From Paraspadella gotoi (lineage: Eukaryota; Animalia; Chaetognatha), in assembly GCA_051294375.1 (NCBI GenBank), contig CM119269.1, positions 981,645 through 1,045,644 of the forward strand: a DNA stretch of 64,000 nt, given 5' to 3'. The notes under the pieces are model-generated. The model was given only the letters and a program-made list of their open reading frames with translations. It ran no database searches and was not told the DNA's origin. Both the position numbers and the translations under genes were made by a program. Below, piece after piece: positions 12,531-26,440 of the stretch (positions within the stretch are counted from its first letter, which is position 1; each line of letters starts with the position of its first letter).

Positions 12531-15500
12531 GTCTCTCTCTTCTCCTGGTGCGTCTCCCGCTCGATCTCTCTCCTCTCCATATCTTTGACCCATCTCCCTA
12601 GTCCCACCGAAGTCCAGAACCCGGCCTTATCCCAAGCGCTACGCTTAATGATCCCACCCTGTGGTATATCTATGCAACGAAAAAAAAGACAATCTTCTGA
12701 GTGAAGACTCGCTTGAATGAGTGACGGGCTGAGCACCCAATAAGTGAGTAGCGAGAACCAAAACGACTTCCTGTTTTGGCCATCAGCCATCCTACCGCCT
12801 TCACCGAAAAGACAGCTCTCACAGTGCCCGGTGAGTCTGCGGGAAATGTTTCGTGATTTGTTGTTCTGTTGTCAGTTGATAACTCGCGATCCCTCACTTC
12901 GCGCTGCGACCTACAAGGCAACGCCTGTTTTCCAAGAATGGCTCGATTACGAACGTGTAATAGCCCAAGTTACTATTAGACAAGAGAGTTCTCACCAGTT
13001 TGTTTATTAGCCAAAATGAAAGTTTCATCGTCGCATAAAGATTAAAGTGATTATTGTCTTCTTTTGTTATTCAGAAGCGCAAGTATTTGTGTTGCGCGCC
13101 GAGAGCCAAGTAATTTCATAAGTCCGCGTGCGCTGACTGAGCGAAGAGAGAAGCATTTCCAGGTCTACTCACGTGTACTATGTCTGGAGTAAGGGATTCG
13201 ACAGCTCTAGTTTCATATTCATCTACTTTTTCGTACACTTCTTTTATCTCAAGCATTTGCTCATATATAATAATCTAAAATCGCAAAATAAAAGGAGTAT
13301 ATGCTTGAATTAATATATATAGTTGCTTATCTACGTATATCAGTACATTGATTAATATACAAGATCAAATATGATTTACCAGAACTTAAGCGTCAGGGTG
13401 ACGCCTCACCACGATTTTATTTGGAATCCGAAGCAGACCGGCAATTTTCCTATACGTCCTTGCGGGAGTTCTATAACATCCATTTCCAAACTCGAAATGA
13501 TTGTCCAACAAGTAAGAATCTAATCTATCAAATTGAATAACGAATTTAGTGATCGTCAGACTTCAAAGTATACCCCCTAATAGATCTTCTTCGTCTCGTC
13601 AGCACTAGAGGTACCAATCTTTTTTCGGCCAGCAGAGCAGATAATTATTTAATAATTTCGCCGAACGCATCCTGGTCTGCGCTTCCTATGACGTTCACAC
13701 TCTCTATATCCGCTGTAATGATCCTACATAATTTTTAGGACCGCTCGCCCAGAGTCCGATCATCACATTAAAAAAATAAAAAATGTCCTCTTGATCTCTC
13801 TTCTTCTTCCTCGCCGCAACCGATTCCGAGTTGATTCTCAGTACACCCTCTTACAGCCCTCCTCTTCTTTTTCTCTGCCTATACTACTTCCCATCACTTT
13901 CGCCTTTGCAATGCTGCCTCTACGCATATTCCGAGCCGATCTCTCGGTCTTTTTTTCATCCTTCATCTCTGGGTTTTCGCCCTTCGTTCGGCGGATACTG
14001 AGCGGAACTATTCTGTTCCTCTGACCAAAAGAGTGGTATTCGCTTATTACTGTCACTCCATACGGTCCTGTCTCTGCGTTTCTCCATTGCTTAGGATCGC
14101 CTCCTCTCATCATGAGTCCTGTCCTCTCGTCTCTCTCTGTCTTTGTCTCTCTCTAGTCTTCCATCATCACGCTTTTGACCTTCATTTAATTTCATTATTG
14201 GACATTCGATAATGATTCCTACTTCTGTCTGTCCTTTCCTCCTCCTCCCGCTCCTTCTCCCTTATTTTTCTCTCGCCTTTCCTTTGTCCTTTCTTACTTC
14301 TGTCTTCCTTTCCTTCACCTCGGTGCCCTTCCCTTAGTTTTTTCCTATCCTCTTTTCTTCCTTTTCTTCCCCCCTTTTCCTTCCCCCCTTCCTAACACCG
14401 ACTTCCCCTCTTCCCATTTCTCGATTCCAAGCTGCCCTTTCCACTCAACGAGACGCAGACACCAGTAATGACAGTTTATATATAGCGATATATGTTTGAT
14501 ATCCAACGTCCAACTGCTAGAGGATCACTTTCCATCTTAACAAAACAAGTGCGCATTTTATTCGCAGGTGAGTTCCGGGTCTTGCTCCGATCCATTCCGG
14601 GGTGAGGTTCACTAAATCAAACGGAGTAAACAATTGCAATTAGCGGTTAAATGATCAAAGGTATGTCGTTGCCAGAAGCATAACGGGCATCGAACCAGAG
14701 CTGAACCAATTGAAAACCATTTGTGACCCACGCGACTGGGTCAGTGTCGGTCTATGAGAGACAAGACGACTTGTTATATCGGGAATGATCTCATTGTACC
14801 TGACTTTACGAGAGAATACGCAAGAGTAAGATCTCCGGAGAATTTATTATAGTGACTCTCACAAAGCTGACCGGAAGTGTCTCACTGAGATAGTACTTCA
14901 AAGTGACATATTATATGCACGAAGTGATGTCGGAGTGTGATCCTCGCATAGTCCAAATAGCAAAATGAATGTCGAGAGATGAACGCACTGCGATAGGTCG
15001 CACGGACTTCCAGAGGAGGAGAAGTTTGCTCTTTCTGCTCTGAGCACTCATAAGGAGGTGCGGAAAGAGTGGAATGGGGGAGAAGTTCTCTGTAGGAGGT
15101 ATGAGATACGCTGCTACTCAAGGTACGAAGGGTCGACGCGACTTGAGAGCAGACAGAGGAAGAGACGAGCGAGGAGAGAGAAGAGCAAGAGGAGAGGAGT
15201 AGACGCACGAGAGTGCGCACGCAGAGAAGATGAGAGCAGAAGTAGAGATGTACGAGCGAGATGAAGAAGAGAATCTATGAAAGAGAAAAGGATTGAGAAG
15301 TAGTCGAGGAGATTTTACCGGAAAGATGTGAACTGCTGAATAATTAAGAGCACAAAGAGGGAGTAGTGTCGTCGTCGCAGATAGCGTGTCAGACTCATGG
15401 ATTTGAATATTTGGCTCAGACTGACCAATATTGCATTCAAGTGCAAATGTACGATGATATTAAGAAAGAACATGGATGTCAAGTGAGCGCTGTCTGTTGG

Positions 15501-17100
15501 GTGCAAAAGTCGTGTCTTCTATTAAACGATAAGTCACTGAGGTGGCCGTCGTCGAAGAGACGAGACGAAGCTCCGATTCTTTTCCCTTTTTTTTTCGAGA
15601 AGTTGTAAACGTGAGGGCGAAAATACGATGAAGACTGTAATTTCCGTCTCGATGAACAACGAGAAAAATCGCTTTAGTCCGGCTCGTACACATGACAGTT
15701 CTGAACTCAACTGAGACAGACTTGATAACGAGCCTTGGCCATCTCTTTACGTAATACGCAGACAGAGAAATGACAAAAAATCCTGGACAAAGGATCCTGA
15801 CGCAGTGTCATGACTTTCGTATAGATCGCGGACGATAAAAAATGAACGTCAATGATCCTAATCTCGCGAGACTCGCATCTATGATCACCTTATCTCTGAC
15901 TCCCTGATCTAACTGATCTCTGACCCCCTGATCTATGACCCCCTGATCTATGACCCCTGATCTCTGACCCCTAAATCTATGACCCCCTGATTCTATGACA
16001 CCTGATCTCTGTCCCCTATATCAATGACCCCTTATCTCTGACCCCCTGATCTATACCCCCTGATCATTGACCCCTGATCATTGACCCCTGTCTTATGCCC
16101 TCCCTGCAGCGATTCCGTCTACACTCGAATCCCGAAGAACGAAGCTTGGATCGAGAAGCGACGGAGTTTATCGGCAGGAGGCTCTCACTCTCTCTTCCGC
16201 GCCGCACTACCTCCAGGTTTGCCGATGTTCTCAGTTTTCTTTTTTGGTTTGTTTTTTGATAGCGTGTCTTAAGTTTAGTTTTTTGAGTAGCGACAATCTA
16301 CATTTCCATAACGTTTTATCTACCCGTTCCAAAAGACCAATGATATTCTGGTTGTTGATGTAATATTTAATCGTTGAAGAATCAAGTATTTATTCATAGC
16401 AGAAACGGATAAGATATAATGTAAGTAAGAATTGGTACATATATAACAAGTAAGCTCAAGATCGGGACAGATAAAATAACGGCCGGGTTGCCGCCTTTGA
16501 TGCCCAGTGGTATGACGGGCAATAGCACTCACTAAATATGCGAATTCGGTGAACGATGTTGAGCGGTTGTAGAATATACCGCACAATATCTACACACTTA
16601 ACGATTATGAAGGGGTGACTGGAAGTCTCACAATTCGTAAGCTATCGTTGTTGTTTACGGATCAGGGCGCGTGCTCTGGAAGAGTAGCTGTAATGAGCGA
16701 AAACTGGGAGGAAAAACAAAATACTGAAAAGATAAAAGACTGTACACTTTGCATATTTGATTGAAAAGGAGCCTCGCATGGTTAATTACTGTTTTCGTCT
16801 GGAAACCTTTTGTAGGTATACCGGGCCTTTGCAAATAAGGGTTTCCTCACTTCCTTTAATACTCTTAGGCCATCTTGTGGCCGAACACACGATGGAGAAT
16901 GTAGGGTTACTGAGAGAATGAGGAGAACGTGCAAGTGAGCATTCCAGGCACAGGCGCAGCCCCGAAGATCGGCAGGCGCGTACTACGACCGGTGCGCACT
17001 CACGAGACGACGCAAGAAAGAGAAGGGATAAGTTTCTTGTCATTACGTGTGCCGCTGCCCAATCTTCACTTTTAGATGTCTGACGGAACTGAACGAAAAA
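12500..17100 (-). repeat. Noisy inverted duplicate of ~33375-37560
   Basis: 12745-12840 is the reverse complement of 37310-37400; 15890-16270 of 33850-34250; 16470-16590 of 33620-33725. Confidence 0.9.
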
Positions 17101-19099
17101 TCTGTTCAGAGATTTTGCAGAAAGTGGGTTAGAAAAAGAAGTTTTGTAGATCGAGGTAACTGGGTAAGAGAGTTCAGCACGCTCGGAACGTTTTCACAAG
17201 ACTTACTACTGACATTTATTTTTCTCTGCTCTCTCCATTCGGATTATCGGATTTCCGCGGTTTAACCGTCAGTTTTTTTTTAATTTTAAGGGATTAAATT
17301 ATACTTTCCAACTTTAACTCGGCTTGCCTACCTTTTTAAGGAATGTATCGTCCATTTTTTCAGATTCAGGTCGGACCCGTTCAAGAAAACGGAGTATAAA
17401 TTCGAATGTCGAAAGTAAGCTTGTACGAGTAGATTTTGCATTCAGGGAAGGCCCTGAAGAACACATAACTACATGACACTCTCCCCCCCGTCATGAGCCC
17501 TCCCTCCTCCAACATGCGTCGTCAACCGTCTTGCAACTCCACTTCCGCCGTATGATTTGACGTTTTCGCTGGCCATGAATTCTGCCATCACTCGAATTGT
17601 TACTTTCTCTGCAATATTCCGGGGGCTCAACTCCTAAGTTTCTGCGCGTCATTCTAGCGTCGACGTTCGTTGATCAATTCTTCTATCTCCTCTCCGCCGT
17701 CCGAACGCCCTCCTCTCTCTTCTCGGAACATGATGCGAAGTCAGCGCTCGCGCGTGGGGCGTTGGAATCACTTGGGACACGCTCCGTCACTCTGGCCCGT
17801 TTCCTTTGTCCCTACGCCGCTGATCCGTTCGGTGCCCCATGAAACGTTGTATTTCCTTTTCAGATTTTCTCACGGGCAGAAGATGGCACAGACAGAAGCG
17901 GGCGGCTATTAACTGCGGGCAGGTTTCGACACGAGTGGGAGTTCTTGGTGCCGCCCGAGATCCACGACCAACTAGGGAGCGGGAATTCTTTTTAACGGTG
18001 AATCGGATTCGGGCCGGTCGCGTAGCGGGGAAGCCTCCCCCTCCCTTTATGCTTATTGAAAACGAGTAGTAGCGGTTCTACAGCCGGCCGCGTGAAAAAC
18101 AGAGGAGCGCTTATGACGTGATTCGTTCGCTGGCAGGGGGTCGCACTGGTTCATTACGTCGGGCAAATCACTGGACTCTTGTAGGGAATTTTCACAGTAC
18201 GATATCATGTCGCTCTCAAGCAGCAGGCGCTCTCAAACTTTTTGCAATAGGATTCAATACGAGTCGGCAATAAACAGTCTGCACTCTGATGCGTCGCCTG
18301 TCTCGAGGCATTGCCTTTTCTTGTGTTTTCCTCCGCCGGTTGCCACTACTTTGGACGAACGGCCTGCGATGAGACTTGAGCACGGCCTTGGGATGTGGAA
18401 GACTGTTTAAGTCTACAAGCACGCGTGCGCTCCTTTCGAGGAATGGCTGTCTCAGGCGCTCCAGGCACACGCTGCCGAAAAGATCAGCCGTCGAATGTGA
18501 TCACCGAAGGACCCAGAAAATAAATATATTTCACTTGAACGGAAGTTTAATATTTTTAACTTTTCTTTTTTTCAAAACTCTTTTGTATCAGATTGCGGAA
18601 AAATCAATTTTTTTTCGCGTCAACTCCTATTTTGTAATCTCGGCTGCTTTTGGGCCTTATCAATATATGCTTCGAGTTTTTTTTTTTTTATTTGGCTGGT
18701 CGAGCATTAATCCCTTATTTAAAATTGATTTGTTTTTCTCGGTATGTATTGTATTCGAATTCTCCCTCATACAAATATGACTATAAAACAAAATACGATG
18801 TACTTACACTTTTTTTTTTTATCAACTTAATATTCGTGTTGTCCTTGTTTAAGGATTAATTTGGGGAAATGTCAGTAAAAGTGAGACGGATTTATGCAAA
18901 TGGCCTCACTCAATCTCTGGAAAATAAATATTATTTGGCCATTTTAATGACATCAGGAAGTCATTACTAAAAAGGCCCATTAAGCATAAGCGGTCAAACG
19001 CGACTAGAGCATATGTTAGATAACGGTCCGCGACAAAGGAAATAATATCGTCAGTGGAAAACGCGTTTAGACTAATACTTGAGCGGTTCATGTCTCTAA

Positions 19100-22000
19100 C
19101 TTTTCTTACAGGCCGAGTTTTAACCAGTCAGCGTCTGCTGCATGTGGTACGTGTGGACCGGGCCGCGGACTCTGAGGACAAGGATCCAAATGAAAGGTAC
19201 GTTGAGAAAGTGTGCAAAGCGAGCTCGGAAATCATATCGTCTGTTGATCTTGTTACAAGGGTTCGAGAGAGGAGAAAGAGAGCGAAGAGAGAAGTAAGGC
19301 AACATCTTCGGACTGCTAGTGGAGTATACACGGTCTTGTCAAAATTCTCGACGAAGGCCAGCGCAAACAAGGCAGCGTACAGCGAGAGTACGATCTATGT
19401 GAACGATTTCTAAACGCAATCGGACTGCAACGAACGCGGCGGCCTCTTGCGCGACGCCGCTTACCCCGGTTTGTGCTTCAAGTAGATTGAATAGGGCGAG
19501 TGAAGCGGACGGACTGGCGGACAGCAGATGTATTGAACATTCGATCACTCAGTCGGTCCCTAGGCTCGATACGAAGGATCTTCTACGCGGATGTCATTTA
19601 TGTGTCTGCTGGTCTACTTTGTCAGCAGGTGTTACCGACCTCTGCTGAAGGAGAGCGGTTACGCCCTTGCAGACCTTCGACCTGTGGTGGCGGCAGTGAT
19701 GGCGGACTCTGCTCTTCAGTATAACCGTCATGCCTTTTGCCTAGTCACCTTCCAGAGAATGAGTTGGGCGATAAAAAGGTGGTATCTTTTAGACAAGAAT
19801 CATAATTGGTAAAATACGAGCGATCTCTCCTTGGTTCGATTTGCTTGTCAATTTTAGCCATAACCAAGAGGTTCTCCTGATTTCAGACCGAGTTCGGTCG
19901 AAAAATTGGGAAAGATCCAGCGCCCGACGAGCAACAGCGAAGACGGTCGAAGTACTCGCGCGAAGGTATCGTACGCCGCGTCAAGCCGACCGATTTATCG
20001 GGAGAAGAGAATCTTCGGTTGGTCGCGCAATTAGCCGTTCCTAGACCCACTGAGCAACGAACGGACGCGCCGACTTCAAAAGTCGACGTCGTCGTCAGAC
20101 GCCGGTGATCGAAAACCTTTCTGTGCCGTGTCCACTTTGCGGGGGCACAACATTATTTGTACACGCTGTGAATCCTGAGATCGAAGCCCGCGATCCCGCA
20201 AATATTGCGTCTCCAAGCAAAGCTAGCCCGCTGCTTCAACTGCTTGGGAAGCGTCTCACTCCGTCTCGAAACTGCCGGCGAAAGGAGCGCTGCTGCTTTT
20301 GCGAAAGAATTCAAAAAATCATCCGCTTCTCATTAGACGGCTTGAGGCCCGTCGAGCGAAAGCGGGATTTTTCAAAGTATCTTCAAGCACATTCGACATA
20401 CGACGAGCAGCGGGAAAAATTTAGTCTGACTGCGCCGCCGGATTAGTCTAGGACCGGTGCCGGGTGTGAAAGTGCTAAAGTGCACTTGCTGTTTAGTGAT
20501 CTAGGTATGCCCCGCCCGAGCGGCCAGCGAGGGGCGCGTTTCGCCCTGCGGCGAGCCGATCGTGAGTCCGTCGTTCAGAATAACATGAAGAGCGACGACG
20601 TTATTCGTTTTGACAAGCTTTGTATTATTTGGCATTACTGGGAGATTTTGGCGTTTTGAAAAAAAAAAAAAAATAATCAGTTTTACAAAGTGATTGAAAC
20701 TACAGGCTATTAGTCCCGTTAAAATATTTATTCTCGGCTCTGAGTTACACTCCTAGGCAAAGGTCGAAAAATGGAAGATTTCCTTCGGTTGACACACCGG
20801 ACGGTCCCAAACGCCGAACGGAAGCGTTCCAAATCTCGGACACCGAATGTTCGGAAGTGCGCCGTCTGACAAGTTCACTTTTAAGTAGCCTTTTGCGTTT
20901 GGTGACGAACGCTCTATTCAAGCAGGCGGCGCGGAGAAAAAAGAATTTCTCTCTTTCTTTATTATTTTGCATCTCGTGGGAATGCCGAGTTTTCGAATTT
21001 AGCCGCGGGTAGGAATAACAGTGAGACACACCCTACACAAATTGTTTCGCCGCTTCGATCGGTGTTACCAGAGAGTAGCAGATGGAATCCCAGACACGTC
21101 AGGGCACCGGAAAATCTGCGATTTCCATCGGCCCAAGCGGGGCGTCGTCGAGCTCGCGCTCCGCGGAAAAATTCCATGAAAACCTGACTGTCGTATCGTG
21201 TCACAACATTGTGCAGCTAGCCGTGAGTTTCCGGCACATTTCGGGACGGGCCGAATTTCCGGCGCCAATCAGCGAAGCGTGTCTTTCAAACGTCTGCAGG
21301 GTGGCTTCGCTGGTAACAGGAAAAGCGAATTCGGAATCCAACTATACCGCTTTCCGAGGGCCAGAGATGCTGTTGAAATTACTTCCATCGAGATTTATCT
21401 CTGGACGATCGCGGCCAACGAAAAAGTACGGACAGCCCGGCAGATGTCTTTAGCTTTCTGGATGCCAAAGAACCTGCGGCGTCGTTATGGTTAAGTGCGC
21501 GTAAAAGTTTAAAAAAATCTTTGAGGTAATTTTTATTTCCGCCGTCGTCCGCTAATATGCTTCTTAAACCTCCGCTGAGAGTTCGAGACCACGCAGGATA
21601 CAATCATGTTTGAATTCGTTTTTTTTTCATGCGATTTTCGCTCATCGCCAGAAATAATAGGTAAATTCGAGGTTTTAAAAAAAAAAAATCGCGTTTTTTC
21701 TCCCTCGTTTTTTCTTTTTTTTCAAATATCGAATTACTGATTCATCGATTCAATATCCTGGGTGGACGAATAGAGACATCTGATGAAGCCGAATATCTGG
21801 GCCCCTCGTCTCTCGTCCTTTACACACGGGAAAATGGGTGATATGAAATTTGTTCCATGATCTCGCGGGCTGATCAAGACTGCGCGCATCTTTGGATCGG
21901 CGGGATCGGGACGCGTGGCCAGCGGGACAAAATTAAGCGAGCGTCGACAGCACTGTTGCTGGTCTCTCTGGAAACACAAAAGATCTCATCTCGGATGTTT

Positions 22001-25000
22001 TCACTCATCGCGAGTTTTGTTGCGGGTGGCTCAGTCTGGTCGATGCCTTCCCTCCCCGTCTTCTCCGCCCGATGTTTTGCACCCCGTTGTCCTCGATGAT
22101 CTGGAATCGTATGTGCGCGTTTCGTTGCGCGTGTTAGAGACACTTTTAAGCCTTCAAGCGTGATTCTGCGGCAAGAAGCATCCCTCGAGTCTCTCGTCGC
22201 AAATATCCCATTCGACAGGCGAAATCGCCTCTTTCGCTTAATGGTAAAAATATTTCGGTTTTAAAATGGAATTTTTTTTCTCCATGGTGTAATTCGGCCT
22301 ATAGAGTAACTACAGATGTGGCCGCTGGAAGTATATCCCGCCTGTTTCGTGGGTTGTCATCACTTCGTCGCTGCGGGGTGGGGAAAACAGCCACGTCTGC
22401 CTTCAACCGCTGGTCCGCCTACCGAGGGCGAGCATATCGGATCATCGAGCATCCACGTCTTCAGCCTCGGCGCGAAGAATTATCATCCTTTAACGCAGAC
22501 GCACGTCATACTTCCCAGTATTGCTCGGGATCCAGATTTCAGGATACCGACTCGATCCTGTCTTGTTTGACGACAACCTGAAGTTGACGGCCTAGTAGCC
22601 CCGGCGTTAATCAGAAGGAAGAGGTGCCAGCAGCACGACTCGCTGTCGGCGGCCGCGCGGTTGTCGTGGGACCGATGATAAAATTTTCGATCGCGCAGCG
22701 TTGGCTATGTCGTCATCATGTAGCAAGCAGATATGGATGAGGCTGCACGTAGCAGTGATTCGTCACAACATGAGACATACGGCTGCACAGGGTTCGCGAG
22801 CATATGAGGGCTCACTAAGAATAGTGGTTCGGCGGACTCCGGTGAGCAGCATGATATGCCAAGTGTGACTCGACCGCCGTTTGAATATTAGTTGGCGAGA
22901 GTTGCTGCTTAGGTACGCGGGAAAGTGTAAAAATAATACGAATACTGCTCAAAGACATACTCTTTGGTGCCATATTTTTTCCATTTTATTTGCTTGCATA
23001 CCGAAATTCTTTTACAGAGGGCTTCGCCGAAAAAATGAAAAGAATCTCGTCTTTCTTCCATGTGATTGTTGGCTGGTTTTCAGCCTCGCTCCCCGCTTCG
23101 CCGAATTTTCCCTAGGGACTGCAAACCAAAAAACCTGAAATTCCTGATTAAAATGATTTTTTCAAAAGATTTGAATTTTTTGTTTATTTTATTTTTACTG
23201 TTTAAGACAATGGTTTTTTCGAAACTGTTTTGTTTTGGTAGTATTTTTATTTTTAAAATTATTTTTATTATGTTTAAGTAGACTTGGAAGTAACGGTTTT
23301 CAAAAAATATTCTAATTTATTTTATTTTCGGATTTTCCGTCAAGTGCCAAGCCCCTACGTCTGCGCATAATTTTTTTTGCGTTCAGTGAGTTTGGCAGTA
23401 AAAATGAATAATTTTCGAATTATTCTCATTTTGTCCAGGAGTGTTTTTTATTTATGTGACGGACTTTCACATTTATAGTAGATCAAAAATGGGAATTTTG
23501 AGGTACAGTTGTAATCGTTATTGCCGATTTTATTATTTCCGCGTTTTACGGTTTTTATCCGTGACGTACTCTCTCGGGTCTGTTATTTTTCGAAATTCGC
23601 GATTTTTGGAACTTTTTTTATATTGGAAAAAAAGAAAAATTTATTTTTATTATTTTTGCCTTCATTTGTACGGGTTTCAAATAACGGACTGTGGAAGCGT
23701 GGTCGCGGTATTGGGTCGCTTCGTTTTTGTTTTTCCTCCTTTTTTTTCTCGTTTTCCCGGTTTTAGTAGTCCGGTCGCTGTTCCTGTACCCCGCCTGATC
23801 ATGAGCGGAGGTTTCAAGTGGTGACGTGGAAAGCAAACTTTAAAAAATTTCAAACTTCAAAATGCACAGAGCCTCCGCATCGCTAGTCAGCAGGCGTCAG
23901 AGGTGACATGAGGCAACGCTGCTAAATGTTTGTGCTCACCGCAGACGCTAGGCCGCCAGGGACAAGCTGGCTCCTGTCCAGCAAAACCTGCTGGGTCGAT
24001 TCGAGTTGAAGACGCGGGGCGGCAAAAACGGCAGGAATAGACGCCGGCGTGGCTCAAGACGTTTTCCCGTAAATGGCTTTCGCCGCAGCGTGCATTGCTG
24101 ACAGAAGGGCGGCTAATCAGTCGGCCAGGAAGCGCCTATTTTGAAAGAACATCTCTGAAAGTCATGCCGACGGCGACCCGCTATTAACACTGGATGCTCG
24201 TCGCGGATGGGACGAGACATTTTGCAGATCAGGAGCATTACGAGCAATGATTGTGCTGCAACCGGAGGGCGGACGAGCGGTGATGAACCCATCGGTGCAA
24301 GGTAGGCGAAGCCGTCAGGGGTGTTTCAGTCCAGCGTGACGCCGACTGTTGAGCCTGGAGCGGGGCGTCGGGAGACATGTGGAAGCGCGTGGGAAGCGGG
24401 CTCAAGCCCCTACCGCCCCCAGTCGGAAGTGAAAAAATAACCCGTTTTATTTGGTGTGACTCCAGAAAGATGTGGACGAAAGGTCGATACAGCGGCTTTG
24501 AGGCCGCGACGTCAATTGGTTGAAGATCGAGGTCGCCGGAGGGGGCTCGTGAGTTTCGACGGCTTTTGGAGCCTCCACGGCTGCGCCCGCCGAAGGGCTG
24601 TGCTTCCGCACCCGGGATCGACCGAACAGGAGCGTGAAGGACAAGGGCCGTGCGGTCAATCGGTGAGTCCGATCAGCACCTTGTGGGAGGAGCGTTGTGA
24701 ATTCCCAACTTCCGAGCGCCACGCTCTCGTCACTTGTTGTTTTGTTGGCAGCCCTTGGTGTCCGTGGGGTCCGGCGGGGGGGAGATATTTGGAGTTTGTT
24801 TTTATTTTTTTTNNNNNNNNNNNNNNNNNNNNNNNNNATCACATGTATTATGAGGAACTAGATGGAAATTGTATGTATATCAGAGAAGTGAACCAGACAA
24901 ACGTCTTTATGTTGTATTTTAATTTATGACACAACGCTGCATCGGAATTCCTCGTTTTTATTCCTTTATATATAGTTGTATGGTTCCTTAAGTGCGCTCG

Positions 25001-26067
25001 CGCCCAGTTCACTTAGATTTGAGGTTCAGTACTTCTTGTCTAAACAAATGGGTTTGACTAATTTTTTTAACATAGTAACCGACAAAGCCGGATGAACTGA
25101 ATAACCGTGACTGCGAACTGAAACACAAAAAGTTGACTATAGAGTTCTGCGCGGCGGACAACTAAAAATTGGGGAAGGAATGACCTTCGAGGATGCAGTG
25201 GAGGATAAATTGTGCAGAAATTGGGGTAAGAAAATGAGGTGAAGCGGGGTGGAAAATGTGGTAAGTGATTTTCTGGACGGACGTAATGAAGGAGACGATG
25301 CAGACAAAGGCTCAATTTAATGGTTAGAGGAGGAAGAAAAGAAGGTTAATTGGATGGTGGAGAAAAAATAAATACGAGAAATAAGAAAGAAAATAACACA
25401 TTCGGGAAAGATCTAGCAGAGTTTTCTGAGTATGAGGGTTCGAAGAGAATGATAATGAAGAAAGATAAGCAAATAATCCATTAACCATAAGGACTATTAA
25501 CCATTAACGCTTACCAAGGCTGTAATCTTTTGATGGTAACAAGGAAGATAAATGAAAAGAAAGCAAATAACCATTAATCCATTAACCAATAACCAAGCTG
25601 TAGGCGATGACTTAGAGATGAGTAAAAGGATGAATAATGAGAAGAGAAAGTGCAAATAACCGATTAACCATTAACACCATTTAACCAAGCTTGTTATTCT
25701 TTGATGGGTAAAAGGATGATAAGAAGAAAGAAAGCAAATAACCATAACCATTAACCAAGCTGTTAATCTTTGGGTCGGTGTGCAGAGTTAAGGTAGTCGC
25801 CAGAGTAAACCTCTAACCTTGATCGCGGCATAAGCGGCTCGTACCGAAATAGTATATCCGTGACGCAAAACGACTTACGCGACCCGTAGCCTGTGGGCCA
25901 AGATGGCGGCCAAGAGGGCGGAAGACTTTCTCGCACCAAGCGCGGCGCGAATTAACGAGCGGTAGAAGTTCGGCGAGGCGTGGCTTTAAAAAGGGGAGGA
26001 TATCTTGTAACACTGAGAGGTGTACCGCCCGGTCCTGTTCAATAGAGCGAGGGAACTCCGGTTGTAA
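19100..26067 (+). CDS. Voltage-gated calcium channel alpha-2/delta-like (VWA + Cache domain) gene; heavily frameshifted by sequence errors
   Basis: Collinear peptide fragments resembling alpha2delta-1 motifs as I recall them: LRTASGV (~19305; cf. KTASGV), IQAG..EKK..IIL (~20915; cf. YIQGAASPKD.LIL), SVWSMP (~22030), DV.PLE..RLF (~22315; cf. DVSLEDIKRL), IIEHPRLQP (~22441; cf. LLHPNLQP), LDGNCMYIREVNQTNVFML (~24858; cf. LDCGNC...NTNLIFI). No search was run. Confidence 0.55.
24838..25225 (+). CDS. alpha2delta-like 3' exons (24838-25023 and 25076-25225)
   Basis: HMYYEELDGNCMYIREVNQTNVFMLYFNL...; short intron with tgactaat branch point and catag acceptor; second exon ...EFCAA..KNGEGMTFEDAVEDKLCRNW ends at gtaag. 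Confidence 0.6.
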
Positions 26068-26440
26068 TGTTCGCTTTATCCTTTCTTGCTAAATGGGACG
26101 CTAAAGAAGAAATTGTGAAAAGAAAAAAAGGAAGGGCTTTTGTTTCGAAACCGTCGTTTTCAAATCGAAGGGCGCTAGGGGCGAGAAGGGGGGAGATTCG
26201 CCAACGATTGATTAGACTCTCGTCCGGCGTGATTGTGAAAATTGAGGCTTTACTCGCGGTTTGATGCCGTTGATGGCGAGAGGGAGAGAGAGAGAAAAGA
26301 GAAACGAGACTTTGAATCTTAACTTATTGTCATTTCATTTTTGAAGAAAATAGGAAACAATAGGGAAAGCAACTTGGCTTTTATTATCCATCTTGACGAA
26401 GGATAACAGATGGTTTGTTTTTTTTTTTTTATGTTAATTA

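Noticed and set aside
17100-24812. Foreign insertion (virus, HGT or contaminant)
   Set aside because: No viral or bacterial hallmark proteins seen; better explained as a noisy read of the alpha2delta-like gene that continues after the gap (17100-19100 remains unexplained)
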